From positions 1,695 to 65,694 of the forward strand of contig CANPFW010000002.1 of the NCBI GenBank assembly GCA_947573405.1: DNA of 64,000 bases. Reading direction: 5' to 3'. The notes below the pieces were generated by a model. That model searched no databases and was not told the origin of the DNA. It saw only the letters and a program-made list of their open reading frames with translations. This DNA comes from an uncultured Clostridia bacterium. Lineage in GTDB: Bacteria > Bacillota > Clostridia > Oscillospirales > CAG-272. Position numbers and translations under genes: made by a program. Below, in pieces: positions 9,511-18,314 of this stretch (the stretch's first letter is position 1; every line of letters starts with the position of its first letter).

Positions 9511-10455
9511 TTAATAAAACGTAGCCACTGCGGGATCCGGTTCTGCTGCCGGTTCAACCTTCTGGGCCAGCAGTACCGGCCCTTCCCCGGCATAAACCTT
9601 ATGATTCTTCACCTGAATCTCACCCGTCACCGTTACCCAATCGTAGCTTTTGCAGTCATCGCTTCTGCCCCATTTGCAGATCATCGCGCTGAACTGAATG
9701 TCCTCCGCACAGCAGGTCATCACATGCCGTCCGGCAAACATCCAGCCTGTTCCCAAGCTTTTTTCTTTTGCCACCATTGCTTTGAACTGTACTGTTTTAC
9801 CATGATACGCGGGCAGGTTCTCGCATAAATCCCGATAAAACAATGCATAATCCCTGTCCTCGATTACGATAACCGGTGCTTCCATATCATACGGCAGCGG
9901 ATCCTCGATATCATCACAGATTGTTTCCCCGTTGACATTTTCATATATAATCGCCGCCATACGGGAAAGCCCCCGCACCGCCTTGTGCAAGTCCATGTAG
10001 TCCGCGCCAACTGCCATACGGTTGAAAATAATCATATCCGCGCTTTGAATTTTATCAACCACCAAGCTGCGCATATTCTGATTGTACATAGAAAATGTAG
10101 TGGAATCAAAGAACAAAATCTGCTGACCAATAATCCAATGCTCCGGTGCAGCATTATATAGCGCAGACAACTGCCACATGCCGTTGTATTCTACAAGAAT
10201 TTTAGTTGCGTCGTGCTTTTTCTGCAATTTAATCAGTGATTCCGGTGAAAGCTGTTCCGCATCGGAGATTTCCTCTAAATATACATCCTGTGAAGCAAAC
10301 TCTGTAGGATCCAGTTCCACCTCCCCGGATTCGCAGAGCAGTACCAGAATCCGCTCTCCCTCGCAAAAACGCTTGTCCATAAGGGTTTCCTGTATAAATG
10401 TTGTTTTTCCCGATTCCAAAAACCCTGTCACCAGGTAAACAGGTGTATCTTGCAT
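9511..10455 (-). CDS. divergent G3E-family (CobW/HypB/UreG-like) P-loop GTPase fused to a C-terminal CC-x-x-D domain (DUF1980/TIGR03943-like)
   Basis: Walker A GFLESGKTTF. No CxCC motif. The C-terminal ~110 aa contain GRHVMTCCAEDIQF, which I recall as the R..(I/M)TCCA.D signature of DUF1980-type proteins. The domain call is from memory. Confidence 0.6.
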   Translation of the reverse strand: MQDTPVYLVTGFLESGKTTFIQETLMDKRFCEGERILVLLCESGEVELDPTEFASQDVYLEEISDAEQLSPESLIKLQKKHDATKILVEYNGMWQLSALYNAAPEHWIIGQQILFFDSTTFSMYNQNMRSLVVDKIQSADMIIFNRMAVGADYMDLHKAVRGLSRMAAIIYENVNGETICDDIEDPLPYDMEAPVIVIEDRDYALFYRDLCENLPAYHGKTVQFKAMVAKEKSLGTGWMFAGRHVMTCCAEDIQFSAMICKWGRSDDCKSYDWVTVTGEIQVKNHKVYAGEGPVLLAQKVEPAAEPDPAVATFY

Positions 10456-10483
10456 AATTTTGTGCCTTTCCTTTAGTTATATA

Positions 10484-11516
10484 TCAATCAAACAGGGCGT
10501 CCAGCGCATCTTCCTGCAATCCGGAGCCAATCACGCAAAGCCGTCCGGTAACAGCAGCCGTACCAATTCGGACATCCGCTTCTCCGGGGGTATAATCAAA
10601 GTGGAACCAGCCCTCATCCCCCGGCACAATCCCTTTCGCACGCAGTACCATACCGAACCGGCTTTCATTGGAAAGTTCATGCAAAATTTCTGTAAGTTTT
10701 TCACGGGTATAGTGCGCCGCCGTTTCTTTGCCCCAGCTTACATCCACAGGTACATTCTTCCCCATGATCGTAATGGTGGTGATGTTCATGTGCATCATGA
10801 TCGTGCCCGCAGCAGCATTCTTCACCGTGGTGATGATGTTCGTGCCCATTATGATCATGGTGGTGATGCTCGTGAGACGCTCCACAAACGGGACATGCCT
10901 CTTCTGCATCCAACAAAGACGCCTGGGGCTTTTCCACTGCCTCCAGAATTTGTTTGCCGGTAAGCTGTGTCCATGGAGTGGTAACAATCAGTGCATCCTG
11001 ATTTTTCTCTTTTAGGAGAGCAAGGCAGTCTCTGACTTTTCCCTCTGCCATATCATCCGTGTGACTGAGTACAATCGTTTTTGCATGGATGATCTGATCG
11101 TTGAAAAACTCACCGAAATTTTTCATATACATTTTGCACTTCTTCGCGTCTACAACAGTCGTACATCCGCTGAGCACCAGCCCTTGGTCGGAAACACCCT
11201 CCACGGCACGAATCACATCGGACAGCTTGCCCACCCCGGAGGGTTCAATCAGAATCCGATCCGGCGCATAATCCTTATATACCTGCATCAAAGCAGTGCT
11301 GAAATCTCCAACCAATGAACAACAGATACAGCCGGCATTCATTTCACGCACCTGTACCCCAGCTTCCTGCAAAAATCCGCCGTCGATACTGATATCGCCA
11401 AACTCGTTTTCTATGATCACCAGTTTTTCACCGGCATACGCTTCAGCAATCAATTTTTTAATAAGCGTAGTTTTGCCTGCGCCGAGGAATCCGGAAAAAA
11501 GATCAATTTTCGTCAT
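10484..11516 (-). pseudogene. COG0523/CobW-family metallochaperone GTPase, interrupted by a +1 frameshift after the His-rich tract
   Basis: Walker A GFLGAGKTTL, GCICCS and the His/Cys-rich tract HEHHHHDHNGHEHHHHGEECCCGHDHDAHEHHHHYDHGEE are in the frame of track ORF 10701..11588. The CobW_C-like end (VDVSWGKETAAHYTREKL...GRLCVIGSGL) is in the frame of track ORF 10484..10987. Removing one G of the GGGG run (C4 on + strand, 10760-10763) joins them: CAT GGG AAG AAT GTA CCT GTG GAT = HGKNVPVD. The length is 1033 nt = 3n+1. ATG at 11516 with GGAGG 7 nt upstream. Confidence 0.75.
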
Positions 11517-11730
11517 TATAAAGCCTCCTAACCTGCCACCGCCTGTTTGGGCACACAGGATCATCTTCAATATCTGTACAGCTTTCACTGCACTATAATA
11601 AATATTGTATCACTTTCTATCGGACAATGCAAGATGCCCGGTAATTTTAATGATACCATTGTAATAAGAGTAATAAGCTTTCACCCCGATAAAAAGAGAT
11701 AGCTTTTCGTTAGATCCCATAAAGCTTTAT

Positions 11731-12020
11731 AAGCCCCCCTAGCAAAGGGGGGTGATCCGCCGTAGATCTACCAATTTTCACAAGCCTCCCTTGTGCTGGA
11801 GCCGCATAGCGGATCCTAGGGTGGTGACTCGCCGTAGGCGAGGCGGAGGGATTGTTAAGCAATGCTGCCGATTTATTGATCCTGTAAAATGATAGCATCA
11901 CAATCCCCCAGCCTCCGCTTCGCAGAGGCAGCCCCCTTTGCACAAGGGGGCCTTTTCATGTGCACGCTTACTTCGCGACAGCTCCCTATAGAATCACACA
12001 GTGGATCCTCACATGGGATT
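11731..12020 (+). repeat. mosaic intergenic repeat, locus R2 (A-A/G-B-C-D-E-G)
   Basis: Arms GGAGGGATTGT 11845-11855 and ACAATCCCC 11900-11908. B hairpin CTCGCC-GTA-GGCGAG. E variant GCCCCCTTTGCACAAGGGGGC. G boxes CCGCATAGCGGATCC (left) and CACACAGTGGATCCTCACATGG (right). Confidence 0.9.
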
Positions 12021-12050
12021 GTCCACGCACTGCAGCACGCACAAATCACA

Positions 12051-12080
12051 AAAAACCTACAGGTTACCCTGTAGGTTTTT
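12051..12080 (-). terminator. Rho-independent terminator downstream of ispH-S1 (symmetrical, could act both ways)
   Basis: AAAAACCTACAGG-TTAC-CCTGTAGGTTTTT, a perfect 13-bp stem including the A/T runs, 8 nt past the stop at 12088. Confidence 0.75.
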
Positions 12081-12087
12081 GACTTAC

Positions 12088-14157
12088 TTACTCAGCATCT
12101 TCAGCTGCATCAGCATAGCTTTGCGGATTGTCTGTAGAATACACAACTGCGCTTTCTTCCAGATCTGCTGCATCACCCTGCTCCTCAGCTTCCTTCTTGT
12201 CCTCAATCAGAGCACGCATGGAAAGACTGATCTTCCGGTTCTCATCGTCAATCGCAATGATCTTTGCATCCACGATATCGCCAACCTTCAACACTTCTGC
12301 AGGTGTTTCAATCTTGTGGTCGGCAATCTGGCTGATGTGAATCAGTCCGTCTGCACCGGGAACTACTTCTGCAAATGCACCGAAAGGCATCAAAGAAACG
12401 ATCTTCACGCTTGCAGTGTCGCCAACGCTGTATTTCTGATTGAAGATAAACCAAGGATCGGTATCTTCTGTCTTGTATCCAAGAGAAATTCTTCCCTTTT
12501 CACGATCCAGTCCCTTTACATATACCTTGATCATCTCACCCTGTGAAACCACCTCGGAAGGATGACGGATCCGTCTCCAGGACAACTCGCTGGTATGTAC
12601 CATACCGTCTACACCGCCCAAATCTACGAATGCACCATAGCTGGTCAAGCTCTTTACAGGACCCTCGTAAATCTGACCGACTTCAACTTGATTCCAGAAA
12701 GCTTCTTCGCGAGCGCGTCTTTCTTCTGCAAGTACTGCACGAATGGACGCAAACGCACGCTTTCTGTCTTCTTTGATTTCAATAATTTTCACCTTCTGCA
12801 TGGTTCCAACCAGAGCCTGCAGTGCATCCGGACCCGCATTCTTGGGAACGCCGGACAGAGATGCAGGGATGAATACCCGAACAGAATTGATAGAAATGAT
12901 CAGACCGCCCTTTACGCAGTCAACAATCTTTCCTTCTACAACTTCGCCGGATTCATATTTTGCAACGATTTCGTGCCAGTTCTGCTCGGAATCTACCTTT
13001 AATTTGTCAAGGGTTGCAATGCCCTCAATATCACTGATCTTAATAACCTTTGCCCGAACTTCGTCACCAATCTTGAACATTTCATCCAATTTAGCGGACG
13101 GGTCATCGGTCAGCTTGTCATGTACAATCACGCCGGTCGTTTTTGTGCCGAGATCCAAAGTGATCTCATTCTGGGACACGGATGTAACGACACCGACGAC
13201 AATATCTCCTGGATTCAATGTTTTCATGGTCTGCTCGAGCAGTTCAGCAAAGTTTTCCATTTGCTCACTCATTGTTTGTTTAACCTCCTGTATTACACTG
13301 AACGGCGTGGATGCGCCGGCAGTAATAGATATGGTGTTACAGCAGCGGGGGATGACCAAATCCCCGATTGAATCTGCATTTTCACAAAGATATGTTTCGT
13401 GGCAGCGCTTTTTGCAGATCTCATAAAGCTTGGCCGTATTGGAACTGCCCCGGCTTCCAATGACAATAATTGCATCAGAGGAATCGGCAAGCTGTTCAGC
13501 TTCCGTTTGCCTTTCTTCCGTAACATTACATATTGTATCAAAAATCAGAGCATTTGTATATACTTTTTTGATAATTTTCAAACATTTTTTCCACTCTGAC
13601 AATTTTTGCGTGGTTTGCGCCGCCACACTGACCTGATATTTTTCATATTTTACCGCTTCCGCGGAGATCCAACGGGACAGCGCCGCTGCACTGTCAAACA
13701 CGCGCCCCGCTCCCCGGCAGCAGCTCATAATACCCTGCACTTCGGGATGATCTGCCGCACCGATCAGAATAAAAAGCTGATTTTCACCGGAATGCGCCGC
13801 TGCAATTTCCCGCACTTTCGTCACATATGGGCAGGTGCAGTCCAAAACTGTCAGATTTTCATGATTCTGTGCACATGTAAGCAGCCGGGACAAATTTTCC
13901 CGCACCTCTCCATGGGCGCGGATGATCACAGTAATCCGCTCCCCACTCTCAGCACGGCGGCAAATGTCATCCAAATCTCGGGGAGAGATTTCTCCCATCC
14001 CCCTGTGCTGTAAATCTGTAACGTAACCGTCATTATGGATCAGCCGTCCCAGCGTGTATATAGCGCCTTCGCCCCGCTCCAATGCATCCTCTGCTGCTTT
14101 CGTAGCACGGCGCACACCAAAGCAGAAACCTGCGTGCTTTGCAACCTGTATGTTCAT
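12088..14157 (-). CDS. ispH: bifunctional 4-hydroxy-3-methylbut-2-enyl diphosphate reductase / ribosomal protein S1-domain protein
   Basis: Start at MNIQVAKHAGFCFGV (14157). N-terminal LytB/IspH half, then four S1 repeats (e.g. GQIYEGPVKSLTSYGAFVDLGGVDGMVHTSELS, GDTASVKIVSLMPFGAFAEV). This fusion is common in Clostridia. cmk-plsC-ispH/S1 synteny. Confidence 0.93.
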   Translation of the reverse strand: MNIQVAKHAGFCFGVRRATKAAEDALERGEGAIYTLGRLIHNDGYVTDLQHRGMGEISPRDLDDICRRAESGERITVIIRAHGEVRENLSRLLTCAQNHENLTVLDCTCPYVTKVREIAAAHSGENQLFILIGAADHPEVQGIMSCCRGAGRVFDSAAALSRWISAEAVKYEKYQVSVAAQTTQKLSEWKKCLKIIKKVYTNALIFDTICNVTEERQTEAEQLADSSDAIIVIGSRGSSNTAKLYEICKKRCHETYLCENADSIGDLVIPRCCNTISITAGASTPFSVIQEVKQTMSEQMENFAELLEQTMKTLNPGDIVVGVVTSVSQNEITLDLGTKTTGVIVHDKLTDDPSAKLDEMFKIGDEVRAKVIKISDIEGIATLDKLKVDSEQNWHEIVAKYESGEVVEGKIVDCVKGGLIISINSVRVFIPASLSGVPKNAGPDALQALVGTMQKVKIIEIKEDRKRAFASIRAVLAEERRAREEAFWNQVEVGQIYEGPVKSLTSYGAFVDLGGVDGMVHTSELSWRRIRHPSEVVSQGEMIKVYVKGLDREKGRISLGYKTEDTDPWFIFNQKYSVGDTASVKIVSLMPFGAFAEVVPGADGLIHISQIADHKIETPAEVLKVGDIVDAKIIAIDDENRKISLSMRALIEDKKEAEEQGDAADLEESAVVYSTDNPQSYADAAEDAE

Positions 14158-14777
14158 GCCCGCTCCGTATCCTCCGTTGTTTTTCCGTCCAACGCACATA
14201 CTGCTGCAAAAATCTTCTCTGTTGCCGCCTTATACTCCTGTATGCCGCCCGTTTCAAAATTCAGGCTTTCATAAGGAAGCACATCGCCTACAATCAGTTC
14301 CGTTTTCCGGAAAAAGCGCGCCTTATTATTTTTTGTCTTAATGTATACCGGCACCACATCGCATTTCGTGTGATATGCCAGCATACCGGCGCCATGCTTC
14401 ACCTGCGTTTTTCTGGGATCCACACCCGGGCAGCGGGTTCCCTGCGGGAAAATCCCCACAAGCTGCCCCTCTTCCACCAAACGGATTGTTTTTCGGATCG
14501 ACGTAACATCTGCTCCGCCCCGATTGATAGGATATGCACCCAGCGCAGTAATCAGGGGACCAAGCAATGGAACTTTGAAAAGCTCCTTTTTCGCCATGTA
14601 CCGCACCTGCCGGTTCAATCCGGCAGAAATAATCAATACATCCAGCAAACTCGTATGATTGGCGCACAAAATGCATCCCCGCTCCTGGGGAAGCTTTTCA
14701 CCGCCCACAACCTGCACACGGAATACAGCGCGCAGCGGGTGGGCAAATAATTTATAAATATTTTGATAAAAGGACAT
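14154..14777 (-). CDS. plsC: 1-acyl-sn-glycerol-3-phosphate acyltransferase
   Basis: HX4D motif (ANHTSLLD) and GIFPQGTR block. 4-nt overlap with ispH. Confidence 0.9.
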   Translation of the reverse strand: MSFYQNIYKLFAHPLRAVFRVQVVGGEKLPQERGCILCANHTSLLDVLIISAGLNRQVRYMAKKELFKVPLLGPLITALGAYPINRGGADVTSIRKTIRLVEEGQLVGIFPQGTRCPGVDPRKTQVKHGAGMLAYHTKCDVVPVYIKTKNNKARFFRKTELIVGDVLPYESLNFETGGIQEYKAATEKIFAAVCALDGKTTEDTERA

Positions 14778-14803
14778 AACGCCTCCTGAAAACGGATGTA
14801 TGT

Positions 14804-15487
14804 TTACCGTGTTCTCCGCAGCTTTTCCCCGATAATCTCCATTGCCTTTACAAGAGTCTGATCTGCGTCCAGACCGGAATTGTCCACGAAAATCGCATCG
14901 TCTGCCGGAACCGCAGGAGCGATCTCCCTGCTGCTGTCCGCCTTATCCCGCTGGATTACGGCAGCCAGCACCTCTTCTTCTGTAACATTCTCTCCCTTTT
15001 CCACCATCTCCAGATATCTGCGATGCGCACGCTTTGCAGGGGACGCTTCCAGGAAGAGTTTTACATCCGCATCCGGCATAATCACTGTGCCGATGTCCCG
15101 CCCGTCCATGATTACGTTTCCTTCGCCTGCCATTTTCTTCTGGATCTCCAAAAGGAATTTACGCACGGAGGGATTCGCAGAAACAGTAGAAGCGTATACG
15201 GTAACCTCCGGTGTGCGGATCAACTCCGACACATCCTCCCCATTCAGGATCACCCGCTGTCCTCCATCAGTATACCGCAGCTGCAGCTGAATCCGGGGCA
15301 GGAGCGCCGTAACCTGCAGTCCTGCCGAGGGATCCACCCCCACACGCTTTACGTACAGTCCCACCGCACGGTACAATGCGCCTGTATCCACATATACAAG
15401 CCCCATTTCCCGGGCAATTTTTTTCGCCAGCGTACTTTTTCCGCTTCCGCTGGGTCCGTCAATTGCGATTCTGATTTTCTGATTCAT
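14804..15487 (-). CDS. cmk: cytidylate kinase
   Basis: IAIDGPSGSGKST P-loop and DTGALYRA motif. Confidence 0.95.
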   Translation of the reverse strand: MNQKIRIAIDGPSGSGKSTLAKKIAREMGLVYVDTGALYRAVGLYVKRVGVDPSAGLQVTALLPRIQLQLRYTDGGQRVILNGEDVSELIRTPEVTVYASTVSANPSVRKFLLEIQKKMAGEGNVIMDGRDIGTVIMPDADVKLFLEASPAKRAHRRYLEMVEKGENVTEEEVLAAVIQRDKADSSREIAPAVPADDAIFVDNSGLDADQTLVKAMEIIGEKLRRTR

Positions 15488-15527
15488 ATATTACCTCTCT
15501 GATTTTCTTTTAGCTTCTGCAAACTTG

Positions 15528-16784
15528 TTATTCCCCATCCAATATATACTGTGCCGCTCCCAGTCCTGCAAGCCTGCCGGTTGACCATGCAATCTGCAGA
15601 TTATACCCGCCGGTATATGCGTCCAGATCCAGCACTTCCCCGGCAAAAAACAACCCCGGAACGGCTTTTGCCATCATGGTTTTGGGATCAATCTCTTTTA
15701 TATCCACACCGCCGCAGGTGACAATCGCTTCCTCAACAGGACGGAATCCTGTAGGCGTCAGTGTAAAATCCTTCAGCACATCTGCCAGCCGTCCCCGCAT
15801 TTCCTTCGTTATGGCTCCTGTTTTCATCCGGGGCGGGATACCGCTGCGCTTTACCACCTCGGGAATCAGTACCCGGGGAAGCAAATCCCCCAAAGAATTG
15901 ATAAAATCCTTGGCAGCATACTTTTGTATATCTCCCAGCAGACGGGTGTCCAGCTCTGATTCAGACAGCGCCGGCTTCCAGTTAATGGACATGCGGTATT
16001 CACAGATATCCCCCGCCTGCATATGGGCAGAAGCGGAAAGCACCAGCGGTCCGCTGACACCGAAATGTGTAAACAGCATCTCGCCTTGCTCCGCAAACAC
16101 GGCTTTATCATTTCTATATACTGTCAGCCGCACATTTTTGGGAGACAACCCCATCCATTCCCGGGTATCCTCCCGGCACACGACCGGCACAAGGGATCCG
16201 GTCAAAGGCGTTACATGAAGTCCCGCATCCTTCGCCATGCGGTGTCCGTCTCCTCTGGATCCGGTGGCGGGGTAGGAAATGCCCCCTGTACAAACGATTA
16301 CCGCACGGTGGGAATACACATTCCCGATGCGTGTGCGAATGCCCTGTACAGTCCCTGCATCATACAGTATGCTGCTTACCTGCTCCCGTATGACGGGACA
16401 GTGCAGTTGCTTCAGCTTACGTTCCAATGCAGTGCAAACATCCGCTGCCCGGTCAGATACCGGAAACACACGTCTGCCCCGTTCCGTTTTCAAAGGAACG
16501 CCGCTGTCCTCAAAAAATTCTATTACGTCGGAAGGAGAAAACCGATACAACGCACTGTATAAAAACTTCCGGTTTCGGGTCACGTTCTCCATCACCTGCG
16601 CCGGCGTGCAGTCATTTGTGACATTACACCGCCCTTTACCGGTGATCCGCAGCTTTTTGCCGCAGGCGGCGTTTTGTTCATACAAAACTGCCTGTCCGCC
16701 AGCCTCTGCAACCGCGCATGCAGCCATCATCCCTGCCGGACCTGCACCGATAACAGCAACCGTGCTTTCCGTTCGGGCGCTCAC
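15528..16784 (-). CDS. HI0933/BaiN-family NAD(P)/FAD-dependent oxidoreductase
   Basis: VIGAGPAGMMAA dinucleotide fold. C-terminal GLFFAGEVLDLDAYTGGYNLQIAWSTG, typical of this family. Confidence 0.85.
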   Translation of the reverse strand: MSARTESTVAVIGAGPAGMMAACAVAEAGGQAVLYEQNAACGKKLRITGKGRCNVTNDCTPAQVMENVTRNRKFLYSALYRFSPSDVIEFFEDSGVPLKTERGRRVFPVSDRAADVCTALERKLKQLHCPVIREQVSSILYDAGTVQGIRTRIGNVYSHRAVIVCTGGISYPATGSRGDGHRMAKDAGLHVTPLTGSLVPVVCREDTREWMGLSPKNVRLTVYRNDKAVFAEQGEMLFTHFGVSGPLVLSASAHMQAGDICEYRMSINWKPALSESELDTRLLGDIQKYAAKDFINSLGDLLPRVLIPEVVKRSGIPPRMKTGAITKEMRGRLADVLKDFTLTPTGFRPVEEAIVTCGGVDIKEIDPKTMMAKAVPGLFFAGEVLDLDAYTGGYNLQIAWSTGRLAGLGAAQYILDGE

Positions 16785-17665
16785 TGGGGTAAATCCTCTT
16801 TGGCGGAGCTGCGCTTTTCATATACATGGTATTCATCCCAAGCTGCTTCCAGATGCGCCAGGGTATCCGCCACCATTTCCTGCCGTTTCATGCCAATCGC
16901 TGCAAGGATAGCATTTACAATCGACAAAGGGGCAACAAGGGAATCTGCAAAGGACGCCATATCACTTTTTGCACACAAGGTTGCATATGCGTTTTTCGCA
17001 ATGGGTGCCTGCAGGCTGTCTGTTATTGCAATAACTCTTGCACCGCTCAGCTGTGCAAAATCTACTGCGTTGATAATCCGGCTGGAGTAACGGGGAAAGC
17101 TGAATGCAATCACCGTATCGCCTTCTTCTATCTTCATGAGCTGTTCAAACACCTCGCTGCTGCCTGTATTTCGCAGCAGATGTACATTGGGAAAAATAAG
17201 ACTCAGGTTATAATCCAGAAATTCTGCCAATGAGAAAGAAGAGCGCATTCCTATAATATAGATTTTCCCGGCGGATAGAATTGCCTCCACCGCATCGTCA
17301 AATGCATGGTGATCCACATTCTCCAATGTGGTACGGATTCGATCCGCATCAGCGGACAACACCGCCTCCAGCACACCTGCCTCTCGGAAACGGGCATTTG
17401 CCACTTCCATACGCTGTACGCTGGTCAGGCGCTTTCCCAGGGTATCCTGCATGGCACGGTGCAGCCCGGGATATCCGTCAAAACCAAGCTCAATGGCAAA
17501 GCGCACTACAGTAGATTCAGACACATCCGCATGCATTCCCAGTCGCGATGCAGTCATATATGCCGCTTTTTCACAATGCTCGATAATAAAAGCGGCAATC
17601 CGTTTCTGCCCTTTGGACATACCGGGCATTGCCCTTTCTATCGTCTCTATCAAATCTAATGACAT
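16781..17665 (-). CDS. MurR/RpiR-family transcriptional regulator (HTH + SIS domain)
   Basis: Start chosen at MSLDLIETIERAM (17665, AAAGGA upstream); the track ORF extends to 17707. HTH region KGQKRIAAFIIEH...ASRLGMHADVSESTVVRF, then a SIS domain (IYIIGMRSS). Confidence 0.85.
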   Translation of the reverse strand: MSLDLIETIERAMPGMSKGQKRIAAFIIEHCEKAAYMTASRLGMHADVSESTVVRFAIELGFDGYPGLHRAMQDTLGKRLTSVQRMEVANARFREAGVLEAVLSADADRIRTTLENVDHHAFDDAVEAILSAGKIYIIGMRSSFSLAEFLDYNLSLIFPNVHLLRNTGSSEVFEQLMKIEEGDTVIAFSFPRYSSRIINAVDFAQLSGARVIAITDSLQAPIAKNAYATLCAKSDMASFADSLVAPLSIVNAILAAIGMKRQEMVADTLAHLEAAWDEYHVYEKRSSAKEDLPQ

Positions 17666-17768
17666 AACCGGATCCTTTCGTACGCAGTATCTGCGTCTAC
17701 TGCCCATAGGCAGTTCTTTTCTAATGTATCATTATATCCTACCCATGCCGGATTGTCAAGTGCGGGAA

Positions 17769-18065
17769 GGTTTGCACAGCAAAACTCAGAGGGATTGTGT
17801 GAGCAGTACTGCCGATTGGCAGATCATTCAAAATGATCGTTTAACAATCCCCACCCGCTGCGCGGGAGTTCCCTTTACTGGGGGAAACCCAAACCAAACC
17901 CAAGCCTCCCTTGTGTAAAGGGAGGTGGGTTTTGCACAGCAAAACCCGGAGGGATTGTCCGAGTAGTACTGCCTATTTTGGGATCCTGCAAAATGATCGT
18001 ATAACAATCCCTCAGTCACAGCAAAGCTGTGACAGCTCCCTTTACACAAGGGAGCCTTTTTGTTG
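17769..18065 (+). repeat. mosaic intergenic repeat, locus R3: two tandem cores (B-C-D-F then A-B-C-D-E)
   Basis: Core a: AGAGGGATTGT 17788-17798 / ACAATCCCC 17844-17852, with D = CCCGC-TGC-GCGGG. Core b: GGAGGGATTGT 17948-17958 / ACAATCCCTC 18004-18013, with B = GGGTTTTGC-ACA-GCAAAACCC and D = GTCACAGC-AAA-GCTGTGAC. Confidence 0.9.
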
Positions 18066-18151
18066 TTTGCGCCGGGAGAGTTATTCGTATTCGCCGACAG
18101 TTTTTCTGATTGAAGCTTGATTTTAAAAAAACGCTGCAAAGTCGCTCCCAT

Positions 18152-18180
18152 TTGACAAGTTCCTCAAACTCCTGTATAAT
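18152..18180 (+). promoter_or_regulatory. consensus sigma-A promoter for the 859-aa surface protein gene
   Basis: TTGACA (18152-18157), 17 nt, TATAAT (18175-18180), both perfect hexamers, 135 nt upstream of ATG 18315. Confidence 0.6.
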
Positions 18181-18314
18181 ACTATGATTAGAGATATATC
18201 CATTCAGCGCCATGCTTTCTTTGGGTTTGATTTTTTGTGTTTTTCACGCTGTTTTCTGCTTTGCTGTTTACAAGCATCCGCTTGACGTAAATAACTTATG
18301 GAAAGGCATTATTT

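Noticed and set aside
10728-11015. ORFs in alternative frames or the opposite strand of the His-rich tract (10728..11015 +, N-terminal part of 10484..10987 -)
   Set aside because: The Met/Ile/Val/Thr-rich strings (MIVMVVMFMCIMIV, ITTMIIMGTNIITT) are out-of-frame or antisense readings of CAT/CAC-rich DNA. Only the His-rich frame is continuous with the GTPase domain.
11590-11700. Zur/Fur-type operator upstream of the CobW genes
   Set aside because: Only a weak 4-bp-arm palindrome (AATG-ATAC-CATT) is present. There is no convincing 7-1-7 or 9-1-9 inverted repeat, so I make no regulatory call.
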